NCBI GenBank assembly: GCA_965178125.1
Contig: OZ237754.1
Location: forward strand, 496,001-560,000
Direction of reading: 5' to 3'
Source: Bilabrum cf. latius
Lineage: Eukaryota
Length of the DNA: 64,000 nucleotides
Positions 1-12,550 of this stretch are shown here, piece after piece. The notes beneath the pieces were generated by a model that worked only from the letters and a program-made list of their open reading frames with translations, was not told the origin of the DNA and made no database searches. Position 1 is the first letter of the stretch, and every line of letters begins with the position of its first letter. The position numbers and the translations under genes were made by a program.

Positions 1-2
1 AC

Positions 3-3000
3 AAGGTCAAGGGCAAGGCCAGCATGGTAGTCAACAGTACCAAGCAGCAGTCTACGATGAGAACCTCAGCTGAAACGGTTTGGGAACCGGAGGCGTCAAT
101 GACTGCACCCGTCATGTAGCGCAAGAAGCGCCCGGATGCTGTTCCGGCCTTAAGATCAGCAAACCCTCCCTCTACGGGGATAGGCATGTCATCAAGAATT
201 GCGAATCGCAAACGCGACGAAGAGCGCGGCGCTGGAACGTTGCCCACATTGCAGGGAATGCAAGAACCGAAGTTGAAGCCCAGGCATGCAGAGCAGTAGA
301 GAGCCACTCCAGCGAATGGAGGCTTGGGCTAGGCCTTCGACTCTAGCAGCAGCCGTCACGAGAGGAAGGCGGACCCGTCATCCAACCGCCGCAGGAACAC
401 TAAGCCTGATCGGCGTGGTACTCACGGCGGTGGTGGAAATCGTCGCAAGAACCGCGGAAGTTCCAACGGGCACGGTCGAAGTCGTGGCAGGGGCGGAGGG
501 CGGGGCCGTGGGTACGGGTCGAGAGCGAAATCAAGAAGACACGAGAGGCACTAGAGGCACGCGCTCTTTGACGAAGTGACTCGGAGTGCAGCGGCGAGCA
601 GCAGCTCGAGTCACATCGATGCTCCGCTTAAGTCTCCGCGTGCAGGGCGTAAGCACCAGCAGCAGGAGCAGCCGAAACACCATCGCGAGACAAAGGCCCA
701 GAGAGCCGATGTACTTGCGAGCGACGACTTATCAAGCCACCCGGACCACCAGCCAAGGGCGTCCACGTCACAAAGAGACAAAACGAGTTTCGACGGACAA
801 GTAAAGCAGTACAGTGCTATGTCAAAGCAGGATCGCGATGTTAGAAGTCCAGGTCGCACGTCGATGGGTTCTGCTAGGAGCTCTTAGGATGGGCAGCAGC
901 ATAAGGAGCGTCTTGGGTAGCAACCAATGTCAGCGCAACTCGCTGCCACATCCTTTCGGTTGGATGTGGCAACGCATGCGAGCCAGCGTAAGCCCGAGGC
1001 TCGGGCGCGGTCTCCAAGTGACAGCGATTTTGGAGTTGGATCGAACGAGGATGAGTTGCTTGGGCGCTAGTCCTCCCGGGCCGGGACCCTGATTCCTAGG
1101 CCGTCTGCGTCGGACCCCCCTTCCAATGCAAGAGCACGCGGAGCTTCAGAAGGCTTGCAGGGAAGCAATCGCCCGCGACCCTCAGCCTCCCAACCCTCCG
1201 TTTCGAACTCTCTCATGAATCTCAGTCAGAAGCCCGCATCGAGTATCGCGGCTGGCAAGCGCAGTAGCAGCATTGGTGGCGCCAGCAAGAGTTCTGGGCA
1301 GGTCCCGATGGGAGATGATGACGATGTTGATGCTCCTACAGCGACCATGCCCTCCACTAGGGTGAAGCAAGGCGCTGCTGGCGCGGAACGAGTTGCCTTG
1401 GGGAGCGTTCCAATGGACGGTGGACCAGTATCTGGGTCGGATGATGTGTATTCCTCGCCTGCTCGAAGACCTCAACGTGCCCGCAGACCAGCCTCGCAAG
1501 CGATTGCAGTGGAAGGTTCTAGTGAATCTGACGAGGACTTGCCAGATGTGGTCACATCTCCTTCTCGTGCTGCCAAGGGCAGGGCGGCAAGCCCGTCCCC
1601 ACCCAAGCTAGCTCACGGCAAGGGCAAGCGCAGCAATCAGAGTGCGAAAGCTGGCAAGGCCTCCCCTGGCAAGAGGAAGAAGAGAAACAGACCTACTGCC
1701 CGCGTCAATCCCTTGAAAGCAGAGCCTGTCGGCTGTCAGCACCCAGGTAAGCCCGCGCTGAAGAACCGCATGATGAAACGCACCTTCTACAAGGTCGACA
1801 GTGTCAGGCGCTTCATTCGCACCGCGGAGCACAGGCATCACGTGAATCTCACAGCTCTTGGAACAGATGCATGGGAGCAGAAGCAGTCGTTTGATCCTAC
1901 TGAAGCTATGGCCCAAGCCCACGCCGAGAAGATTGAGCCTGAACCTGAAAGCGAGGAGGATGACGCAGTGCCCGAGGCGCTTGACATCGTGAAAACGTTT
2001 GGGGCCATGACTGGATACGTCGACCCGCGAAGACTGCCAGGCGCATACGAGCGACGTACCCTCCCACTGGTGCTCGTGGATCGCATGATGCTGCCCGCAG
2101 AAGACCCCATGCATGTTTCTGTGGACGACGTTCTTTCTACGCTCGGGTCGGAGTTCAATCCATTTTCGCGGCAGTTTGTGTTTCTCCCGTTCCAGGATCA
2201 ATCGCATTTCTCCATGGCAATCATATGCAACGCCGCCATGGCGCTGCCATCGAAAAAGGAGGTGCAGAATGTCATCCGAAGGATCCGCAAACTTAAAGAC
2301 AAGCAGGGCGGCTCACAGGCCGTCAGTGCTTAGCAGACGTATGATATTTCTTCAAGCAGCGAGAGCAGCGGCGAGGTTGAGCCAATTGAGTCCCAGGCCC
2401 ACAGCAAGAAATAGAAGCGAACCGTAGATTCGGCCGGTGCATGGAGCCCTGATTAGGCTGGTCCTCTTCGACTGCAGAATCAGCTTCAAGCTGCACGGCA
2501 GCGGGCCCGAAGCTTGTGGGACGAGGTGCAGCCGCGCCTGGCGACCCGACTGCGGGAGGCTAACCCTGGAACAGCTGCTGCTGAGTTTATGAATCCATTC
2601 GAGTCTGCAAGCAAGGTACTGGGGCATCTGGTGCAGGAATTTAGTGCAAGCTACCTAATGGAAGTGAGCAGGAAGCGAATTCGTCCCTCGCATCTTCCTG
2701 AAGAGATGTCACGTGCCGTTGACTGTCTGATAGATTGCGCCGATGCATTCAAGTTTGATGACGACACCACAGAAAAATTGGTGAGGGGGATGAAGAATTT
2801 GGACGAATGTTGCGCACTGTTCACTGGGCCGCAAACATCCAAGTCACCCGACTCTAATGAGCCAAAGAAGTCGGCTGGTGAGGCTGGTGCTGAGAGCAGC
2901 CATGCCGCGGGAGGCAGTGCCAGCAGCAGCGCTAGCAGCAGTGCTAGAAGCAGTGCTAGCAAGCAGGTACGTTCAAAGCTTGTTCCGGAATCGATCGTAT

Positions 3001-5885
3001 TCGTCCACGGTGCTACTACTGAGGAACTTGAGGTCAGTCTCGTTCGCGCTTTGTCCCGTGAGGCGCTTGTGAAACTTTCTGCAAAGGCTCCTAGTGCACT
3101 CAAAGCCGCGGGCAGGCAGGCCGAGGGCGTTGTTGCAGCAGTGGAGTTGATTCTCAGTGGCGACACTGGAGATTCAGCAGCTGGGAGTGCAGGCATGCTG
3201 AGAGTGATGCACTCCTTCCTCGAGAAGACAGCAGACTACAGGCAGTCGATCCAGGTGGTGCATCAAATCCTGCTAGAGTATGCCAAGCGCTGCGACGTGC
3301 ATGCGCCCATCCCGAGGCACCCTCTTGAGTGCATCCGGTACGGCGTGTCGCCAGAGTTGGCTGGTTAGGCGAGCGGAGCCAACTCAATGGCCTCATCGGC
3401 AGCTTCTTCGAGCGCTGGACCAGCCGCTACAGGCCATGGTATTGAAATCTTAGGTCAACAACATTCGATAACTACAGACACTGCCGTGCTCAAGGCGTCT
3501 CTGCGGGAGGTTAGCAAGAGGCACGCTCATTGGCGCCTGAAGGGGCTCGCGGCTGCCGTGCAGGCACAGCACTAGCAGCATTTGACGAGAGCCAAAGCTG
3601 CTGGACGAGCTGCTTCCATGTTGTTTGCAATCCATGAGTACTCCAACGCAATGGCGACCTCCGGTGAGGACTTAAGCGGGCGGCTATCGTTTGCCAAATT
3701 GACTATAGATGAGCTGCTCTAGACTGCAGAGGAATCGTCCGAGAAGCTCAGACGGTGCATCATTGGCATGCATCGTCTGCTTCATGCCCAAAGACGACCA
3801 TAGGCTGAGTCCAGCTACAAGCTCATGTCGACTGCAGCTGAGGCCACAGAACCCGATGTAGTTACCCACTGGTCGCACGGTGCCGAACCGCCTCAGCAAT
3901 CAGGCGGGTCTCGGTCTAGGAGTCAAAGCCGTAGCCGTAGTCGGGGCGCTGGGGCTTCGCGCAATGATCTCGGCGTGGACTTCGACGGAGCAATTGGGTC
4001 CAAGCGTGCGAGAGCAGACCGCGCAGATCAAGATAGCCAACCGGAATCTATAGATGGCTCCGATGACGAAGCCAGCGTCTAGTCTGCGACCGAGCAGCAG
4101 CCTCGAGGGGGGCAGCAAGGACGGGGGGTCAGCAAGCGCCGGCGCAAGGAAGAACGCTCTGCATCCTCCTTGGCAAAGGAAAGTTCCACCAGTGTCGCGA
4201 GCTCGCAACCCGCACGTGGGTGTCACTCGGAACAGGAGATAACCTCTGCGATGTACAAGACGTCGTTCCGGCTCGTTGAAGCTTTGGCAAAGTTCGATCG
4301 CTTTGTGCTCTTCTTGCGCGAGCTGACAGGCAAGCTTGACGTTGCCTCCAATGTCAACCACGGGCTATACAAATGCTTGAAGCACGTGGCTGGTGTTACA
4401 CAAAAGAACGCAAAGACGTGTTTGAACCGGGAAAAGCGGAGCTACGACTTAGCCTCAAAGGTGATCCAGGGATCGCTGAGTAAGGAGTGCGTTGGTGGCT
4501 CTCCAGATGCTCCGGACGGTGCCGCCAGCACAGGTCGGAGGCAACGGAGGAGGCGCAGCAAATCCCGAGGACCATCAAGCGCAGCACCGTCTTCGTCTGG
4601 AGGCACGGCATCGTCAGCGTCAGAATCTGCTGCAGCAGCAAGCGGAACGAAGAGCACAGCAGATCCCGCCGCGATCGATGACGAGCGCCTGGCCCAGCTG
4701 ATAGCCAACAGCTCCTAGCTGCGGTACGAGTCAGACAGGGCGGTTGAGCCTCCGGCTCCGTGTATCATCTTGCTCGATTCCATCAAAGGTCACCACGACT
4801 ACAGAAAGTACGCCGTGTAGATTCGCAAGTACTGCTAGCTCATGTACGAACACACCTATGCCCCTGCAGAGTACACGCAGTACGCCGAGGAGGCACGAAA
4901 GCAGGGCCTCCCAGCCACTCATGACCTGGCGCCAAAGATGTTTTTGCAAGATCAGACCAGGTTCCATCACGTGCGTCTGCCCAATGCTCCCCAGCAACCC
5001 AACTCCTGCGACTGCGGCGTGTTCACTGTGTAGTTCTGCAGGCAGTGGATTCTGCGTGCGCTCGGCCCGCATATCACGGCTCGCGTGATTCAGGACAAGT
5101 TCAAGCATTCGATGTTCCTAGGAGCTGACATGTTCGATATCAGCACCATCCCGCAGCTGCGGCAGCAGCTGGCTAGGACCGCCACTGAGCTCGCCATGGA
5201 TAAAATGGAACGGGTGGACAAGGTGGAGGCTCGCAGGGTTGCCATCCTGGCAGAGATGAAGCGCGAGAAGGGTACAGGAGCAAGCTCCGAGGACGGAGGG
5301 ACTGGATCGAGTGGCCATGCCTCAGACCAAGAAGAAGGCGGGGCAAGCAGTAGCACCGATGTTGATGCCGACGACGACGATGGGGACAGTAGCAGCCCGG
5401 ACTCGGAGTCTGACAATGCTTCTGATGGAGGCCTAGGCATTGAAGACAATGAGTCAGGGAGTGATCCAGAAAACGTGAGTCGCAACGCACAGCTGGAATC
5501 CAACTCAGATGGCGCTAGCCGCGTACCATCCAGGCAGGCTCTAGGGCTGTCCTCAAGCCAGAGAGGTCCGAGCCGTGACATGCAGAGTCCAAGGCAAACT
5601 GATCGTGTTGGGGAGGCGCGGCGGGTTAATGAATCGAAGAATGATGGCCTATTGGACTGCGACGACGAGGAGGAAGACGATGAGGGGAACGGCGATGTCA
5701 ATGATGAAAACGACCTTGCCGAGACGGCGACTGAGGGGGCGAAGAGCATACATTCTCGAATGTTCACACAAATGACTGCGAAGGCGGGTGCAAGTGACGC
5801 CTCTGGTGACGTGGTACGGTAGCCCAGAGGTCAGGATGGAGTGAAAGACGGAGCTTGGAGGCTCGGATAGGGCGGTGAGGCGTAA
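3..5885 (+). CDS. Ulp2/SENP6-7-like SUMO protease (peptidase C48); 5' end at or beyond the window edge, ~1960 codons, TAG=Gln
   Basis: ORF-track fragments starting at 576, 1155, 2514, 3387, 3825, 4170, 4842 and 5085 share one frame and are separated only by TAG (~21 in total). The first TAA/TGA is TAA at 5883-5885. C48 motifs: FVFLPFQDQSHFSMAIICN (His), PCIILLDS (Asp), PQQPNSCDCGVF (Gln/Cys). Confidence 0.85.
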
Positions 5886-6025
5886 GCCTGAGCCGCTTAG
5901 TTTAATGGACGTGGAATCGATACCCCCGGGGTTTTGACTTGAAATGAAAGACACAATTTTGGATAGTGCTAGTCTAACCCCGAGTTCACTGAAGAGACGG
6001 CATCGGTTTCTGATCGGTTTACTGC

Positions 6026-9000
6026 TTAATCCATAAGATCGCTAGAGGCAAAATCGCCTCCCTCGGTCGGCGGCACGCTTGGGTCATCTGTCAGGTCGAC
6101 CGCACTTGCACTGCCTCTGATGGCGCCCTCTATGAGATCATCATCTCCATCATCTGTTGCGTCCACAACCGCAGAGCTAGCTTGCGCTGAAACTGTGAGA
6201 GTGTTATACACGTCCACGAAGACGTCCATCACGCTGCCGCTGCGAAATTGCCTCGATCTGCTGTTTCCCGTGCTGCCAGCACTGCTTGCTTGGCTGCTGT
6301 TTCCAATACCGCGAGCGAGTCCTGCAGGCACCGACCCCACCACTGGTACGACAGGGCTCCCCGGACCAATACTAGTGGAGGGTCCGCCGCGAAAGCTAAA
6401 CTAGTTGCTGCCGCGCTGCCCGACAGCGGGGTCGCCACCTAGACCCTTGCCTCCGGCATCAGGCACAGCACCACTTCCCTCCACTGGAGCAGAGACGATC
6501 CTACCGAGGTGCATGCGATCCAGCTGCCCGACACCGTGGCCTTCAGCCCCATCAACTTCTGCCGCACCGGCAGCCTCCTCAACGGTACCCTGCCGTGCAT
6601 TACTGCCCCCATCGATCGCACCTGCTGGCACGACCTGCTGCACGGATCGAAACTGTGCGTCTCCGCTGAGAGCGCCTCCAGCAGTGGCCGTCCTGCGCCT
6701 GCTAAAAGACACGCGCCTAGCTCCACGCCTCCCATGCCGCAGCTCAGCGAGCCGACGACGCCGACGTAGCGCGTCCAGAGTATCGACGTGCCTGCCCATG
6801 TCTACTCCGCCAAAAAACGAGCCTATTCCTGGCACCATGCCAACCATGCTGCCAGTTCCGTACTCTCGTCCAAATCGCTGGCTCCACCCAGCTCGCAGGA
6901 GGCTGCCGCGCCGTGGTTCCGTCTGCTGGCCTGGGCCACCCCGATGGCTGGACCCGGCGACTGCAGTCGCCCTTCGCTCATAGTGCTCGGGTTCTAACCC
7001 AGGAGCAGAGGCGCCGATCCGTGCGTTCTGCATGGATGAAGATTGCTCGATGTGACCAACAGTGTGGCCCCGGTCGCGCCTGTCAAGCCTCTCGCTAGCA
7101 ACGCGAGAGTGTATGGGAGCCTTGTTGCCAGCCTATTCACTCCCATCGGCGCCATCCTATTCGTTCGCCTAGGCTAGATCACCAGCACCGGTGCTGCTTC
7201 GAGCTGACAAGCGACCAGTCCAAGTTCCACCGCCTTGCTCCTCATCACCACGGTCAGCTCCGTACAGTCCACTGCGGGCGTGCTGCTGCAGAGAGGCGCT
7301 CGGATGGATCGAGCTCATCTCGATGTCAGACGTCAGTTTCCGCATCCCACTCGCATCACCATCTTCAGCATTGCCCACCCCTGTGGGAGTTGCGACCGGA
7401 GACGGCGAAAATACCACGGCAGAGGCGTTCTGCCACTCCTGCACGCGGTGCCCGCTGCCTTGCTTCTGCTTGCAAGTCGGCGACAGCCCCCGCGCTGGAT
7501 TCCGTACCACCGTCGGGCTGGACGCTTCCTCATCGGCATCCTTCGATTCCCCCCCTTGCTTGCTTCCAGAGCCACGAAGGCTATCGACCCCGTGTCCAGC
7601 ACCCTGCTGCTACTCGTGCAGCTTCTCGAGCTCTTTCAGCTTCGCTTCGTGAGCCTGCTGGGCCTGTTTCTGCCTGCCGCTTAGGATGTACACACCGCAC
7701 AGCACCAGCGCAATACCGATCGGAAAGCACGCCCACGACACGGTGCTGAAAGAATCGAACTCTCGGTAGTACACCCCGCCCGCGATGATGGACGCAAACA
7801 TGAACGTGCTCGAAAATACAGGCACGATCAGCAGCGTGTCAAAAAGCTAAAGCCCTTTCGCCAAGAAGTGCTGCTGCAGCATCATGCATACGACCAGCGC
7901 CACAATCTGGACGTATGTGAGCAGGAAACGAAACTGGTTGTCTCCCGCGAACGTGACTTTCAGCAGCTCCGACACAGCCTTTGCGAACAGCACCGACTGC
8001 CCGCCCACCGTGCCACTCATGACACCGTAGAACACCGGGTGCATCCTAGAGTAGTACATGTATTCCTCCGGGGGAGATTCGAGCGCCTCTGCAACGATAT
8101 CAGTGGCGCTGGCGTGCCGCATCCTGTCGAGCTGTTCTGCAGCGGAGCTGGCCCCTGAGGCGCGGCCTGTAGAAGACCTGGACGACCTGGAGCCCTTCGT
8201 GAGCTGGCTCCAGTTGCGTCTCATGCCTGGCGGTGGGACAACAGATTCGGAATCGGAACTTGACATACTACCGTGGACATCGGCTCTATCAGCTGCGTCG
8301 GTTCTCTTGCCGTCGCTTGGCACGCCGTGCGCGTTGAATTCTGAACCATCCGTGCTGCTGCTGCCGGATTCGGAACCATGATCAGAATCATCTCCCCGCC
8401 CCTTGTTCCCGGGCTGCGGTCTCGGCGGCTTCAGCGCACTGCTTGCAACATGATCAATATTGTTTCGCTGGTCTGGTTCCCTCGTCGTGATCTGCTGCTG
8501 CATTTGCACTCGTCGCCTGCGACTGTCCTAAAGGCCTGCTTTCGACGGTGCGCCGTCAGTCCCTGCCGAGCCCGGTCTCGATCTCGAGACCGGCTCGCTA
8601 GCTGGCGGGACTGCAACCCTAATACCATCAGAGCTACTGCCGCCCGTCTTTGAGACCTTCGCAGATCTGCTCAAAGCCTTCACGATGCTGCTAGCGGGGT
8701 CTTCCCCGCCACTTCCGGGACGTCGCGCGGAAATGTCCCCGCTGCCTGCCGCAGCATCCCTGCTGCTCCCCTGCTCAATCCCATCCATCCTGGCGTCTAT
8801 ATCCGTTTCTTGCTGCAGCACAGCCGCCTGTGCCGCGCTCGCGTGCTCCTCCAGTGCCTCGATCATGGCCCTGGCCAGGATCGCCTCTGCACGACTGATG
8901 AACAGGTAGAGACCGCCCAGCATGGACAGCACGAGCGAGGCGTAAATAATCATTTCCAGTCGGGCCCACAGCTCGATAAGCTCTTGGATTGTGTATGAGG

Positions 9001-9819
9001 TCTCCTCGTGGCTGCCGAAGACGACTGCGATCACCGCGCCCGCAATCACGAGTGCAGTGCCAGCGTAGTCCTGCCACTGCAAGCTCTGACCCAGAAACAT
9101 GGTGGCAAATATAACATTTGCCACGAGTGTAGTTGATCCTACTGGAGCCACCAGGGTCTGCGGAGCCAGCCCGAAGGAGACAAAGTCACCTATCGCGCCC
9201 AAGATAACCAACGAGAGACCAACCCACCACTTGGGCTATTGTGTGTAAGGAAGCCGGGCATCGATAGCCTGCGCTTGGAGCATGATCTCAAGTTAATATG
9301 CACGAGCATGTGCGCATCTGGTGCGACAAATGTCATGCCTTTGGAAGATATTGCTCGTCCCGCATTGCCGCACGAGATTGCGGGGAAGCCCTCGGTGGCC
9401 CTGTGAAGCAGATCACGGGGCACTTTCCCAGCATGAGCGAAGGTAATTATTCCATGAATATGCTATGGTTAGCCATACTTTGCAAATATGCTGTCTCAAA
9501 GCTGAAAATCGTGCAGCAAGCCACCGGTGTACAGCCGCCAACTTCAATGCCCAAAACCGTAGTATTCAAAAAATCAACGTCCTCACTTTCTGGGCTTCTA
9601 GAAGGAATGAATACTTCTATGTGTTCACACCGAAGTTAGCAACGGAAGAGCTCAGCGCACGTACTCCAACACCCTGCGAAGAGCAAAATTCATGGGTGAC
9701 GAAGCAGTGGCGATCAATCACAATTCAGCAACCATCATGATTGGCTCAAGCGGCAAAGCAGGTAAAGACCGCGCAAGAAACTATTGTAAAGAACGCACAG
9801 CGAACGGCTACCATGACAT
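6026..9819 (-). CDS. NIPA: NIPA-family magnesium transporter with a long internal loop and C-terminal tail; probable exons 9819-9799, 9673-9587, 9268-6026
   Basis: Motifs NFGVNT[TAG]KYS, PKWWVGLSLVILGAIGDFVSFGLAPQTLVAPVGSTTLVAN, LAKGL[TAG]LFDTLLIVPVF and IIAGGVYYREF. Introns 9798-9674 (GTGCGT..CAG) and 9586-9269 (GTGAGG..CAG), both phase 0. Ends in TAA at 6028-6026. The first exon is tentative. Confidence 0.85.
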
Positions 9820-9956
9820 ATGCCCAGGCGGCAGGAAGTTAACAAGGAAAATACATCTTCCATCAACGGAAATGTAACGTGCATGTATGGACTGCTGCAG
9901 TCTTGATTATGAGTCTGGCGCATTCCGGAGGGTACCTTTACATACTTCCTCAAATT

Positions 9957-10629
9957 ATGGTGAGCATTCAACTATGTATGTGCGTATGATCAATGAAATC
10001 TCTTTGGGTCTGCCTGGTCTACGACGAGCGATAATCTATTGGTGGAAACATTCCAACTGCGCACACAGGCGTACCACTCTGCATACAACGAAGAAAAGGA
10101 AGGAGTCGCAGAGGTGGGAGGCTGCCTAGTTATGCCCCTTAAGAAGCCTGCTGCCAAAGGTCCGGCTCCTGTTGTGAAGAAGGCAGAGTTTGCATGGCGC
10201 ACAGCGGACGGGGTTGATTTCCCAGATCTAGTTGACGAGGCCATCTACTACTTCAGACCGAACGTGCTATTTAAGAAGTTTACAATCGATGGTCCAGCGG
10301 ATCGCGTCCTGGTTTACTGCATTCTGTTTATTTCCATGTGCCTGGAGAAGATCGCCAAGTGCAAGACTGCTGAGGCTGCTGTGAAGGAGCTAGAAGGACT
10401 GAAAGGATCAAAGTTTGCGATTGCCGGGGAGCCTGGCTGGGTTCTTGGCACAATGTTTCCGAAGCCAGATGCTGGATCTGCCGGCGACACCCGGCGGTAC
10501 TTGAAGCAGCTGCGCGAGACGATCATCAAGAGGCTGGTCCCTGTCGTATTCCTGGACGACACGACTCCGAACAAGTTCTGGATGGCGTTTGCGAAGAAGT
10601 CTTTCATGAAGATAAAGCTGACCGCCTGA
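9957..10629 (+). CDS. ARPC3: Arp2/3 complex subunit 3 (p21-Arc); short first exon, then an intron ending at 10068
   Basis: AYHS at the N-terminus, DLVDEAIYYFRPNVLFKKFTIDGPADRVLVY, YLKQLRE and PNKFWMAFAKKSFM. Stop is TGA. The start could be ATG|GTGAGC at 9957 or ATG TAT|GTGCGT at 9974. No in-frame TAG. Confidence 0.93.
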
Positions 10630-10913
10630 TTGATTTGATCATGATATGCGAGTTCCCGTTGTAGTCGATGCTGGCCAAGCCGAGCTGTCACGTCTTTAAC
10701 GGTTTTGCAGGCTACGGGCGACAGTCTCACACCAACTTCGTCCAAACTCCGACACAACGCTAGCAGAACTATCCAATCAAGCGGAAGAAGCCCCGGCAAG
10801 GGCAGGCTCCACTGGCATTCTCAAGACTCCGAATCGAGCAATCTGCATCCCTGCCTTTTCTTGTCTTCGCTTCACGTTTGCTTCGCAATACAATGCACAA
10901 GCGGTTTTAAATC

Positions 10914-12329
10914 ATGCATAGGTGGAGAAGCATGGTCGCATGCGGCTCGAGAGCCCATCGGATGTCTACGAATGGCTGTGTGCGGCGCGCAGGCTGGCCG
11001 ACAGTAGCGCAGCGTAGGGCCCTAGAGTCTGCTGCTGGATCGCTCGCTACTGCTAGGGAGCGGCGGCGATCAAGGCTTCGTACAATTAGAATTTCTCAAG
11101 ATGGTACGGCCCGTGTACACGCTCTAGCACAGTACGCAAGCGGGCCTGTGAAGCTCCCAGTTCTTGCTCGCCAGGTGCAGCGAGCGATGGCGGGAGACTG
11201 GAGGGCCATGGCGGACCGAGATGCAATTGTGTTCTAGTTGAAGCCACCATCTTTGTCTGGATCACCATGGCAGTCGGCTGTCGAAGACGCTGGCCTTCCG
11301 TCGTCTGTCGGAATTGCTTCTCGTGCAACCAAACAAGCGAGCGTAGAGGATTCAAGCTTGTCATCCCAAACCTACCAGCCAATGGTTGTTGTGACTAGAG
11401 GAGGCGCGGCTGTTTTGCTTGGATGCGACCCCTCGACTGCGGAAGAGATCCTCGCGGTGCTGAAGGATCCAGCCGTGGCCCAGCAGGTGCCGCTAGAGGG
11501 GAATCGTGCCAGCGACTATTACAAAATTGTAATCGATAGAAGGAATTTCGAAGATTCGGCAAGCTAGACTCCGCAGGGAAGGGCCGTCGGCACCTGGCGA
11601 CTGGAGAGCGAGCACTGGGCAGCTGTTCACCCAGAGACGGGCGAGCTGCACCTGCGCGACCTCGACGAAGATTCGGCGCGGGTTATTGGCATGGTGCTTG
11701 GCCAGAGCGTGATGCTTCAGTACTACGAGCAGCAAGCCGACAAGCTGCAGGATGTGGTGCAGGCCATCAACGCACAGATGCTGCAGGGCGGGCTGGAGCA
11801 GCAGGACGTGCTGCAGCTGCGGGGCGCGCTTGCGACCAACTCCCGCATGGCAGACTTGGTCGCAATGTCAGGGCAGCGAGACGCGGTGCGGCCAGGCACT
11901 GCCGCGTGGCGCGACCCTAGGTACTACGAGCTTAGCCAGGAGCTGAGCGTAGACTTGGAGCTGGAGGAGCGGTTCGAGGAGATCAGGCACAAGCTCGAGT
12001 TCGTGATGGAGACGATCCGGTTCTGTCTGCGAGAGAGGCAGGAGGATGCGATCACCCGTCTGGAGTGGCTGATCGTGATCCTGCTGACTCTGGAGCTGTT
12101 CCTCACTGCGGGGGAGCTGAGGGCCAAGATGCTGGAGGCTGCGGCGGCCGAGGCCGAACTGGAGGAGCACTTCTAGCAAGAGCATGGGCGACGTGAGGGG
12201 AGTGGGCGCGCTGTGGTGGACGATGGAGGGGAAGGTAGGCAGGGTGCTCCTAGCTTGGGGCTCTGGGGAGGCACGGTCCGGTTTGCTCAGCTAGTCTGGA
12301 AGGTCGCCATGAGCAGCCCGCATCACTGA
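10914..12329 (+). CDS. DUF155 (RMD1/RMND1-like) protein with a C-terminal TM helix
   Basis: Fragments at 10914, 11238 and 11691 are in one frame, joined by TAG at 11235, 11565 and 12174. Motifs VLGQSVMLQYYE, LELEERFEEIRHKL and RLEWLIVILL. Ends in TGA at 12327-12329. Confidence 0.75.
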
Positions 12330-12550
12330 GCTGCCATGTGGCCATGCGTTGATACGGTCGGCCGAGGTGTAATTCACAGAGACTTTTAATGACATCCGTT
12401 TTATCCTCATCAGTGTGCGGTGTATCGTACACAATCTGACGAATTATCCGATTGGTGTGGTCAATGCGCGGCGCCATGCAGGTTCCGGTTTGGTTGCAAC
12501 CGGTTGGGGCATCGCCATCCGGATCGAGAACACAAGAACAAGCGAGAAAT

